Assembly: GCA_050084515.1 (NCBI GenBank)
Contig: CM114271.1
Span: 13,330,001 to 13,394,000, forward strand
DNA: 64,000 bases
DNA from: Blasia pusilla
Taxonomy: Eukaryota
Direction of reading: 5' to 3'
Shown: in pieces, positions 13,903-24,900 of the stretch
Layout: each line of letters begins with the position of its first letter
Position numbering within the stretch: the first letter of the stretch is position 1
Notes under the pieces: generated by a model
The model's database searches: none
What the model was told of the DNA's origin: nothing
The model's input: the letters and a program-made list of their open reading frames with translations, nothing else
Position numbers and translations under genes: made by a program

Positions 13903-14530
13903 CCAAGGTTTCATATGGACAAACTCTGTGTTCGTGGACATGTCCATGTCCGTGGACTTACGTTCGTCTTACAAAATGATTTGTCTATATAGGCCCCATC
14001 TCCCCCTTCTTTCTCGTCCCTTCCACTTGCCTTCGTGATCCACACTTTCTCATTTCTTCCTCCTCGATCCCACCTCAATTTCCTCCAAGGTTGCATATGG
14101 ACAAAGTCCGTTTCGCGGACTTGTCTATGTCCGTGGACTTACGTACGTACAAGGTTGCATATCAACATATCCATGTTCGTGTGGGCCCAAGGAACCTACG
14201 GCCCACACGAGAGCCTGCTTAAAGCCCGCAACATAGATGCGGGTAGACAGAGCCCGCACCCGTTGCGGGGAGACCCGGACTGACAGACCTTCAACTAGGC
14301 CTGCAAGGCGGGCTTAATTCCCATTGGTCACGCTCAAGTCTGCATAGGGCCCGCTTGGAGCCTGCCATGTCGGTTGTGGGCCGTGAGCCCGTCCCCAGCT
14401 CGCCATTGGCTCGCCTTGCAGGCCTGCCACAGGCCCCGTCAGCCCGAATCTACGCGGCGGGCACAAGAGCGGCCTGGGCATGTCCCCGGACTTGTTCGGA
14501 CTTTTACGTCCCATGGATGGACTTGCTTGT
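13903..14530. repeat. GC-rich repeat cluster, possibly the subterminal region of a non-autonomous DNA transposon
   Basis: A ~65-bp direct repeat (CCAAGGTT.CATATGGACAAA...TGTCCGTGGACTTACG) occurs at ~13903 and ~14085. GGCCTGCAAGGCG (~14298) and CGCCTTGCAGGCC (~14412) form an inverted pair. Confidence 0.45.
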
Positions 14531-15190
14531 TTATATCTATTTTTGTGCAATTATAGTTGTTACGTATTCATAAGGAATCACTCTCTTATTGTTAAGCTAA
14601 GCCATCCACTCAATGTCCGGGGAGAACTTGGATTACGTGTTGAGCTAGCCAGAAGAATTTTAAAATTTCCAATTTAGTTTCTCAATCACCAGCAAAAAAC
14701 CGATGGTATAGGTTGGTTCTCATTTTTATTTGTATCTATTTAGCCGACCGGAATGAGAAAATATTCAAAATTCACCATTCGGTTTTGTAGGGTCCAGAAA
14801 TGTATCGATTCTCACGGAAAAAATAATTGGACATTGCATCCAATTTCTATTCTTATCTATTGTTGCTTTCATATTTATTGAGGTCTTTTGTTTGAATAAT
14901 CCAACCCAATAACCATCTAATACCAACCAATAAGTTGGGATATACATATGAACGTCATGGTGGCTCTACTAGTAAACCTTACAAAACATTATCAAATGCT
15001 TATGTGACTATGAAGTTCTACTTGTGTGTTTATGAATTCATCGCCTAAAGTAGCTTGTAATTTCCTTCTCCCTAAAATTGGATTCTCTCCTTTCACAAGG
15101 GAATAAGGAAGGGTCCAAAATTGTTTTGAAACAAAATTTGTAGATTCCAAGAACCAAAATGTCCAACAATACTCACTTTTTTTCATATTA

Positions 15191-15358
15191 CTAGGAGGCA
15201 ACCCGTGCCATGCACGAGAGTGAAGGGACTAATCCTATTGCACACAAAAATATTTTTCTTGTTGTCCGTAGAGTGGAAAAAACATTTTCTTGTTGTGCGG
15301 TTGTCACATGTCAAGCAACCATGTGTTTGCAAATCCCGAAGGCACTCTCCAATCATGA
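15191..15358 (-). mobile_element. Short non-autonomous Helitron (degenerate 5' end)
   Basis: Minus-strand 3' end has a CGTGC-ATG-GCACG hairpin followed by CTAG|T. The body resembles ~60640-60767 and the GGCACTCTCCAAT end at ~29920. Confidence 0.6.
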
Positions 15359-15618
15359 CAACAATTAAAATCGAAGAAGACTGAAAACGTTCATTCTACA
15401 TGGGAAATCATTTTCCCACGTGTCTTGCAACAAAAATATTAGAAAATATAAATTCAATATTTGAATTATTATGCACATTTACTCGATAAATGTTTTACCC
15501 AAAATATATACACCGATGCATGTGGTTCTCGAAAAAGTTTACCGTAGGGATTAGTAGCGACGGCAGGCTTCGTCGACGAACAGGTATCACAACAGTTAAT
15601 GGTAATCTGTAATGGAAA

Positions 15619-15670
15619 AGGAAAGATGCACTTCGATAAAAACGAGTGATGGAAAACCCATCGGAAGTAC
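15619..15670 (-). mobile_element. 52-bp extremely 5'-truncated insertion of the CRE-like non-LTR element (3' UTR only)
   Basis: Nearly identical to 48399-48450. Flanked by a perfect 14-bp TSD, ATCTGTAATGGAAA (15605-15618 and 15671-15684). Confidence 0.88.
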
Positions 15671-16256
15671 ATCTGTAATGGAAAGGGACATGTGCCAGGC
15701 AGATCCAGTCAGTACAGCGCGTCCCGCATGCGACGAGTCGCAAATCCTGGGACGCCGAGGATCCGTCTCACGGCGAACGACAGGTCCGGCGAATGAATAC
15801 GATTTAATTCCAGGCGTCCAGATCGCGCGCTCCCTTGGCTCGACTAGGTAGGTCCATGGTGGGCTCCTCGTCGGGCGATTCGCGATCCATCAACGGTGCA
15901 GGACCACCAAGTCACCGACCGACCGACCCCGCCCGCCCCCAAAACACATGCATCGCCATCCGCAGCATCCGCATTGATGATGTGAGTAGACGGGCAGGTG
16001 GACGGGCGTAGATAATCAGATCGTGCGTATCCCTCCGTCCTCTAGCTTCCGCTGGTATACCTCTCCCACTAGTAACTGCACGGTATATTGTATTCCCCTA
16101 GAGTTAAGAAGTGAAACCCTTGGGAAGGGAGGGGCCTTCCTAATAAATTCGCTTAGAGTTGGCTAGTAAAAAGGTGCTGGATTTAGTATGGAAGTACAAG
16201 ATTAATTTCTCATTGTCAAGACGTCCTGAACGTAGAGAAAATGAGGCCTAGGACGA

Positions 16257-16557
16257 TCTTGGTATCTAAACCTAATTTGTTTAACGTTTCTCAACATCGA
16301 CTTTCATTATGGAGTCCACTAAGCAAACCCTTCATTGATTTTGAACGGGTCGGTTGAAAGAGGGAGTTTGTAAGATTTCGTGGCTTGTCCATGGGAACTT
16401 ACCCTTTCTTGGTATCTAAACCTAATTTGTTTAACGTTTCTCAACATCGACTTTCATTATGGAGTCCACTAAGCAAACCCTTCATTGATTTTGAACGGGT
16501 CGGTTGAAAGAGGGAGTTTGTAAGATTTCGTGGCTTGTCCATGGGAACTTACCCTTT
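16257..16557. repeat. Perfect 150-bp tandem duplication
   Basis: TCTTGGTATCTAAACC...GGAACTTACCCTT occurs twice with period 150. Confidence 0.97.
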
Positions 16558-17165
16558 GGGAGGACAAGGGGATGGAGCAATATGGGGGGATTTAGGGTGG
16601 GGAGGTGTTTAGTGGGGAGTTCATTCATGAGTATCCTTAAAGCCAGTAAATGTCATGTGTCAAAGGTAATATTTCATTTGGTTTCCCATCGGATCACCTT
16701 GGGGCAGCCAAGTTATGATGTTTTAGGATATTGGGATGTCCTTATGAGTACATGGGAGACACAACCGCTCTATGTCTTATGGAAATTGCAGTTCCAACAA
16801 TTGATTCTATTAATTCCCTTACGAGGCTATATCCTCACTAGGTTGTTGACTTTCCAAATTTCGTATATGATTTCCTTCATTAGGTGCCTCTTTGCCTCAA
16901 CTTGTTCCTTTGTGCATGGATGCTCTAAGGATTTCCAGGACTTGCTTCCATAGGTTTGTCAAGCATGGTGCATGAACACCTTCTTGATTACTTTTTTTTC
17001 CCTAGGATTCCTAGATCCAGCGACTTCTTTAATTTTATCCAAGTTGTGTTTTAATTAGCTGTTGGGAAGCTTCTAGTGATAGTGGCCCAGCTTTTTGGGG
17101 GCGGGGCGACTCTTGAGGATGTCCAAGTTATATGGCTCGTAAGACTAAGTTGTGACCAAATCACT

Positions 17166-20100
17166 TGTCACATCTTAGTTTGCCGATAGGTAGAGTTCTA
17201 CCATGTCAATGGCATAGCGAGTCAATGGACTGTTGGGTGTAGCTTAGTCTTGAGATGTTAGTTGAAGTTGACGTTAGGTCCGTTATGTCGGGAACGTTGT
17301 TTCAAGCGATTTTCCTCCTTTTTTTTTTTTTTGCTGGTGATCTGTTGAGCAAATCAAGGGCCAACTAATAACCTGTGCACCCAAGTTACCGATGGGTTGG
17401 ATAATTTTAGGGGAAGAGCCCTTCCCCTAAAATTGGCTCTTCCCAAGGCTATATAAGGGAGAGAGTTCCTTCCTGTACCGACATATGTTACCCAGGAGGG
17501 ACCACGGTTGAATTTTTGGATGTGTGGTGGGCCACATAGGCAGAAGGACTACCCAGAGCATGGTAGAGGGCCTAGGGTGCCTCTGAGTGTTCAAGAGCCA
17601 CCTAAGATGGCCCCACCACAGTTGCAATATGATCATTGTTACCGATATGGTCATACTAGGGTTAGGTGTTTTGATCTTTGTCAAGAGCTACGTCCAGAGG
17701 AAGGCGGAGGGCCTAGGGTGAGAGAGTTGGTGGAGATCGAGGAGTCGATGATTGTGGTGATAGATTTCTACCACCAGTCATAGGAGATGGAGGACGTGCA
17801 CCTGATGCAGCGCTCCTCACTCGTATCGATCAGTTGTAGCACAAGATTTTTGCCATGACAATGATGCAGCTAGAGACACGCAACAAGCCGAGAGTGGCTA
17901 GTGTGGCTCTAGCCTCCACGACGTATCAGGATACGGAGGAAGATTATACGGGCTTGAGGTTTATGTGCAGTGTGGCTCACGGAGAGGTTGTTGCAATAGT
18001 GCCTCAGGGTGCGACGAGAGTGACAGAGCCAATGAGAGAAGGTGTTGAGATTGACCCACTGGAGGGAACCAATGGGCGACAAGCCAAAGTTTATGAGTCA
18101 TTTAAGTTGTTAGAGGCACTTCACACGCCGTCAATGGTGCCTCGATGTTCAGTAATGTCCACAGGTGAAGCAAGTGTGTCGACGTCATGAGGAGTTGGTG
18201 AGATGACTCCTATGCTGGCTTGGGGAGAGCCAGTGTCGACCATGTTGTTGGAGGTGGCCACTAGGGTGAGCCAGGCTCTGTTGTTTTCTGCCATGGAGTT
18301 GGCGATGATGGGAGTTGGACGAGCGGAGCTATTATGACTGGCCGCCATGTTGTGTGAGCATGGAGAGATGATTGCCTCTAGTTTGGAGGTGGTTGTTGAG
18401 GAGGTGGTGGACATACCCTCGCAGCACGTGCTCAAGACGTCCTCCACTAAGTCATGGTATGCTGCGACAGGGAAGTTGGTAGATATGCCAACTAGGCTAA
18501 CAATAGAGCGAGCCATGATCACGCCAAGTGTAGTGTTGTTGGATAACTAAGCTGAAGTGTTTTTCTTGGTTAGTCCCACAAGTATGGTGTACCATCCGTA
18601 GCGGATCCTACTTGATTCACGAGAGCAACCCTTTTATTGGGGAAGGCGAAGTGCTTGGTGTTGGGATTACGAAAAGGTGACATTGAGTGTTATCCCTTTC
18701 AGATACATACCTCTATTAGGGATGTATCATCCACGTAGTACATGACTCAACATAAGTTATTGGTTGGACTCTAGCCAAAGCATGAGTTGGATAGTGCAAT
18801 GATGCGCACTCGGGCGATTAAGTCAACAGTAGAGTCATATGATTTGTTGGTAGGGAGTACGGTGTTGTACCCCCTTGGTTTCATTCTGGATTTTTGGGAG
18901 GAGACAGTTTCTTATCAGCCAAGGTGGCAATTAGGTGATAGATGGATGAGCCATCTACCGATGCAATTTGCACGGTGCACTGGTGGTCGATCACGTGAGG
19001 ATACAATGACCACGTTAGCAGCATTCATAGGTGGTGTTAGCTGAATAGGAGAGTTTTTGGAGAGGAGCACACATGTGGAGGAAATTTCCGTAGCGGATAG
19101 TCCCATGGAGAGACATGTCTGGGTGGGTGTCTCTTCTCATGGTGTGGAGATTTTCTTACCATTGTTGTGTAAGAGCGAGGAGTAAAGACGAGCTTGTGAG
19201 GCAAGCATGGAGCCATGCTGGTGTCTTGGAGCATACAAAGTCAGGTGACGATCGTGCTCTTAAATTGGAGACTTCATATCTTCGGGTACCACATGTGTTA
19301 TGTGGTAGTGTTTGGAGCAGGGTACAAAAGTGTTAGATCTCTTCGAAGGAATCAACACATATTTATTTGCAGTGATACGGGGATCGGATGACACCACCAA
19401 TGGTGCTAGATGTGTATAGAATAGTAGATTATGTTAGGTAGATATGTGTGTGCTATCTGGAGTTAGGGGAGAAATTGTGGGGTCTCGGTGTATATGCATG
19501 AGTTTATTTGGTTTATGGATGGATCGACCGATATGTTGGAAAGATCAGTGTTGTGTGGTGTGTAGATGCGACCAACCACGTGGATTGTGTAGCGATGTGT
19601 TATCATGTGTATACGCATGACAATTGTTACATCTTAGTTTACCGTCAAGTAGAGTTCTACCGCATCGATAGCTTAGCGAGTCAACGGACTATTTGGTGTA
19701 GTTTTGTCTTGAGATGTTATTTGAAGTTTACGTTAGGTCCGTTGTGTTGGGAACGTTGTTTCAGGAAATTTCCCTATTTTTGGTCTTTGTCAATCGGTGA
19801 CCTGTTGAGCAACTCAGGACTAGTCGGTAACCTATGCACGTACGTTATTGATGGGTTGACTATTTCTAGGGGAAGAAACTTTTGGCTCTTCCCAAGGCTA
19901 TATAAGGGAGAAATATGGCTTTTCCAAGATATCTTTCTAATATTGGGTCGTTGGATCATCTCTCTTGCTTGTGTGTGAGGTAGCAACTAGGGTGCTAGCA
20001 TCCAGATTCCCTCATAGCGGAGGGTGGACGAGGGTTGATATGCTGATGTAGATTCAAGAGTGGAGTTTTAGACCGGATGAGCCAATTTTTACTCTAATTT

Positions 20101-20239
20101 TTGTTGTGGGGTCTTGGTGTATATGCGTGTGTTCATTTCGTTTATGGATGGATCAACCTGTGTGTTGGGAAGATTGGTGTTGTGTTGTGTAGATGTGACC
20201 AGCGATGTGGATTGTGTAGCAATGTGTATACGCACGACA
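17166..20239 (+). mobile_element. E2: internally deleted DNMT-retrotransposon (family I) with both termini. Order: partial A1, gag knuckles, protease, DNMT motif I, B1 (19475-19622), AT, A2 (19625-20103), B2 (20104-20239)
   Basis: Termini are TGTCACATC and GCACGACA, flanked by the 4-bp TSD CACT (17162-17165 and 20240-20243). Peptides: WMCGGPHRQKD, HCYRYGHTRVRC, RILLDSREQP, ESYDLLVGSTVLYPLGF, LDLFEGINT. Confidence 0.92.
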
Positions 20240-20386
20240 CACTCTTAGACTTTGTATTAAAATCACAAATACAAAAAAATTTCCACGCAATCTTTCAAAA
20301 AGCATTGACGTAACCTAAACATGGAGAAAACTCTAAATATGAGAATCCTAAAACTGCCATGGTTCTCAAACTATATGCCTCTATTG

Positions 20387-20910
20387 CATCACATCTTTTG
20401 TAGCGGATCGACAAGTGTCTTCACCGTGTCTTCGAGGAGGTTGGAGGACAACCTGAGGAGGTTAAGGATGACATGTTTAGGACTAGCTAGGATAACTTGA
20501 TAGAACAAGTTTGCCCTTATTTTAGACTTATTTGGAGTAATATTAAGTAACTTACTATTTGGGTAAGTTCTTATTGTGAACAAAGTTGTCTTTTCATTTC
20601 GAAAAGTGATCATTGGTCCACTATTGCAGTCAAGAGACAACTTAGCCATCATTGGTCCACTATTGCAATCAAGAGACAACTTAGCCATCATTGGTCCACT
20701 ATTGCAATCAAGAGACAACTTAGCCAAGGAAGTGACTTGTGCGCATAGGTCACCAAGTAGAGAGTTTGGGGAGAGGGAAAGGATATACCAAAAAAAGAAA
20801 GAGTGATCTAGATCATTCTTTCTTTGACAAACCTTTTTTCCTAAGGTGGCAAAGCTATGATTCTCCTTGTCACGTGAATTCTCAATAGAAAAGTGGGTTT
20901 GGCTTAAAGA
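20387..20910 (+). repeat. Family II terminal-repeat (A) fragment containing three 39-bp tandem repeats (20609-20725)
   Basis: Aligns with the A segments at 6451 and 35611. ATCATTGGTCCACTATTGCA.TCAAGAGACAACTTAGCC occurs three times. Confidence 0.8.
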
Positions 20911-21968
20911 GACCTCGAATATATAAGAGATTCGATGTGCAAAAATACATCAACTCGTGAGAGAGTGCTATATAAATTTAAGAGCTTAAAGGTGTTTGCT
21001 GCCGTGATCGACAATTTCCAAGTACTTGCATTTCCCCGGTTGGATTTTTCTCATACTTTTGCTAGTCGGATGGGGAATTCTTAAATTTTACAAAGAATGC
21101 CGGTTCTATTACTCCGTCGTTCGGCTTTGAAGTAACACTTCAAACCGCACTATCAGGAGTGAGCCTCGAGTCACAAGGCATGGGCTCCACCTTAGTTCCG
21201 GGACTTCCGAGCAGGAGCAATATCAAACTGGTTCTGGTTTCTGAAGATGGCGCCTGGGTCAGCATAAGCAGAATGAAATTGCCTTGGAATTGGTCAGAAT
21301 TTCATAAGATCAAAGCTTCTATCGGCGCCCTAATCTCACATGCGCATGATGCATCTGAATCTCGTGAGGACCTCAACCAACCTTAAGAAGCTCTCACATT
21401 CTGCATTCGCACGTGACGATCTCTTTTCATCATAACCCCATGCGATTTTCATCCTTAACACTCCGAGCCCCGGGCTTCGAACCATTCATATATTCATGTT
21501 CAAAACGGTAGGCAGGCGAATAGTCTCCCTCACCCAAGCATTTCGTTCCCCAGGGCCAAATGCTCCAACGTAGGCGAAATGTAAATTTAGTGATGGTTGA
21601 CTGTGGGGACGTTGGCACATTGCAATTTATTTAAAGAAGCTGAATGGTGATGAAGAGTCCGCGAGATCTTCCATGCATCTACTCTACCTATCTCATTGAG
21701 AGCCACGAGATGCTACACCCCACGACGCTCTTGATCTACAAATCTACAGTTTCATTCAATCTGGACCTTTTTGTATGGTACAAAGTAAAAGGGCGGGCGG
21801 GAGTTCGAGTTGAGCACGTCAAACTTTGTGATCCTACCAAGACGTGGGTTCTTATGACAGATGCATATCAACCGATTACTCGTCGAAGAAAACCCCCCAA
21901 TCTCGTGACATCTCTATAATCGGTGGAAGAACTAAGCAGTACGGGTGAAAACTGTTCCAGCGGTGAGT

Positions 21969-24900
21969 TTAGGTTATACGAACAAACAGTGGGGAATTGC
22001 ATTTTTTTGCGAAGTATACGAAACAAGCAGCAAGCAGCACGATAATGGCGACGACTAGGAACACAATTCCAGCAATGATGCCCCCAGAAGCCTTTCTCTT
22101 GCTGTTTGGGGCGGGGCCGTAATATGCCTGGCACCAAGCACCATAGCATGTTAGATGTCTACAGGCGAGCAAGCTGAGAATTGCTTGAGGTGCTTCGTAA
22201 TATCCACAAGCTCGTGCGAGAGAGGATATGCTCGGCACCCATGGTTTGATTAAGACCATAAGCTTTTCTCTGCTCTTTCATCTTTGAAGACATGAGAAGA
22301 CACTAATGCAGAAACACTCATCTCTGTGACATTTTACTGAAAGGAATCGAGGCCAGCAAGATGACTCACCTGCCCAGGCGCAGGGTAGCTTCCTGGTCTT
22401 TCCAAAGGCTGCAAGGCTAGGAAGGTCTCATTCGCAATCCGTCCTTTGAACTGTGAGAAAACGTAAGTGCAAATGGTGAGCACGCAATCTTGTAATCCAA
22501 AAGCCCTCCAACCGCCAAAATCACTGATGTCCTGAATGTGCTTGGCTGGAACATACTGATGTACTGAACTTAGACGACCAGAAGTGAAAAGCGATGGCAT
22601 TATGGACGGATAGAAATGAGGTTTGAGCGTCACGTAAGTTATCTTCCCATAGACTCTTACCTCCCAAGAATGTACCGTCATAGACACCAGATCATAGACT
22701 GGAGGCTGAGCCGTTACACTTCGTGCACCAGTTTCCGGATCAAACTCAACGATCCCGGTGCACCCATCATATCTCACTCGTTGTTTCCCACTCGCATTAA
22801 AGGCCTTGTAAATATTCAGTCTTGTTACTTCAAGTCCTGCTGCTCTCAGGTCATCGATTATTTCATAGAAAGCGATGACAGCATCAAATAAATAAGGCAC
22901 GTACGACCGAGACTTATTGGCCCCTGTCGCTGGTAGACCCGGATATTTGGTTGCGAATTCCTGCCAATGGCTATAAAACTCGCTGCATCGGGAGCTAGAT
23001 GAGAAGTCCCCACCTATCAGCAAACAAATGTGCAGAAGTAATCAGCTACGTTCATGTTCGTCACAATACATCGTCAATCTGAAATCAGCATCAAGGAACA
23101 GTCAGCCCAGCCACAGAAAGTAAATTCCAGAGAGCTTATCAAACACGCATCATATGCACTCAGAAGGGAGGCTCACCGTAAGGAGCCAACCCTATCTCTC
23201 CTTCAAGCGCGTTCACCAACTCTGGACCTGTGAAGTTATACTGATGGTGTAAGAAAGATTCGTAAGAAACTCACGAGAACACTCACACTTCTCGTTTAAA
23301 GAAGGCCTGCCTTCCATGAATGACACGCTGCAGTTAGATGTTCTATGTATATGCGCATTTCTCAGCTAGAATATGTTGTACATTTCTCAGCTCCCTTACC
23401 CAAGCTAGTTTCTCTTCAAATCACCGGGGAGTGACCAAGAGCTTGTGATATAATCAAGAAACATGTCACGGCTCTCGACAATTTGCACAGAAAAGATAGC
23501 CATCTGTCTGTTGCTAGAGCTCCCTGTTGATCAAGGTTCATGTTTGAGCCAGTAGACAAATCTTTAGGGTTGATATGGTAAAGAAGCACGTCATGGCCCT
23601 CAACAATTCGCGAACAAAAGAAAGCTATCTGTCTGAAGCTAGACTTCCTTGTTGATCAAAGTTTATGTTTAAGCCACCGGACAAATCCTAGGATTCTTCA
23701 TTCAAAATCTTACCCACGTCAAGAGGATCGAACGCCGTAGCTCCATCCGTACCAAAATACCACCAAGGATACCTGGTCTTTTCCTGAAATGTTATGGTAA
23801 CTTGTGGCTCAGAGATTACAAAGAGAAACAAACTTGAACTGAAGAATCTAGGAAATCGCAATGCATTTATTCCCGCTGTATCACATCAAGTTGAAATCTC
23901 ATGCTCAAGGACAGGTGCAGATGGATCCGATTGAAGAATCCACAACACAAGTAAAGGTTACCAACCATCTGATAAGCAATTTTCCATATGTCTCGCGCAA
24001 CTGTAGGCTGCACAACAAGAATGACGAAGTCGGTTGGCTGGAGAGAATTCAGTAACGATTTAAGTTGATCTCTGTTCACTGTCGCATTATAGCCTGGCTC
24101 CAGTAGAAACATTCGGACTCCTCCCACCGTCTGCAAGAAAAATGGGCTATTTCAGATCCGAAATTCTCCGTTGAGAAAACGCTAAAATAAGACCTGCATT
24201 TCTTCTCTTCGGATTCACAACGTGGGAATTAGAAACGCCTTCTGAGTTCCATCACCGTAGCACCTATTTCTTGGATGCCAACAAACACTCTTTCTGCTCT
24301 GCTGGACTAATAGTGTGTGAACGGACGACTCTTATAGAAGTAGGTAAGAGACACAGTTTCTTAAATTGCTAGAACACTCTTTTGGTTTCGTGGCATAATA
24401 TTAATTAGTGAAGCTTTGTAGGCCAATTCTAGCTCCTGATCTAGGCGTCCAACGAGCAACCACGCTCCCACCCATCATGCTGAAAGCCTAAGAGATTGAT
24501 TTCATGGTTGATTATTGCGTAAATTCCCATAAACGCCATTGTCTACATTTAGAAGAGCTACAATTTTTGTTTCCCGGAGGATAAGGTAGGGGGCAAGAAA
24601 CCAAAATCTTCTCCTGTCTCCATGTATCTAACACCGTGACCTGTAAGTAAGCTTACAGGTCTCCAATATGGACACCCGTAGCCGCACTTTTATTCTCCCC
24701 TCCATAAAGCTCGTCCGTGATGGAAAGTGGAAAGTAGATTGAGACTAAAATTTACGACATTATTTGCCTGTTGCAGTGGATCTAGAGCGTCTCGCAAGCA
24801 GTACGAGCAAGTAAATTTACCATATTGATCTCGTTCGCCAAGCTGTTGCTGTAATAGTCACTGGTGTATAGTAGTGTCGCATTGGTTATGCTTAATCTCT

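Noticed and set aside
20609-20725. Three 39-bp repeats as a CRISPR-like array
   Set aside because: There are no spacers; it is a simple tandem duplication inside a terminal repeat in eukaryotic DNA.
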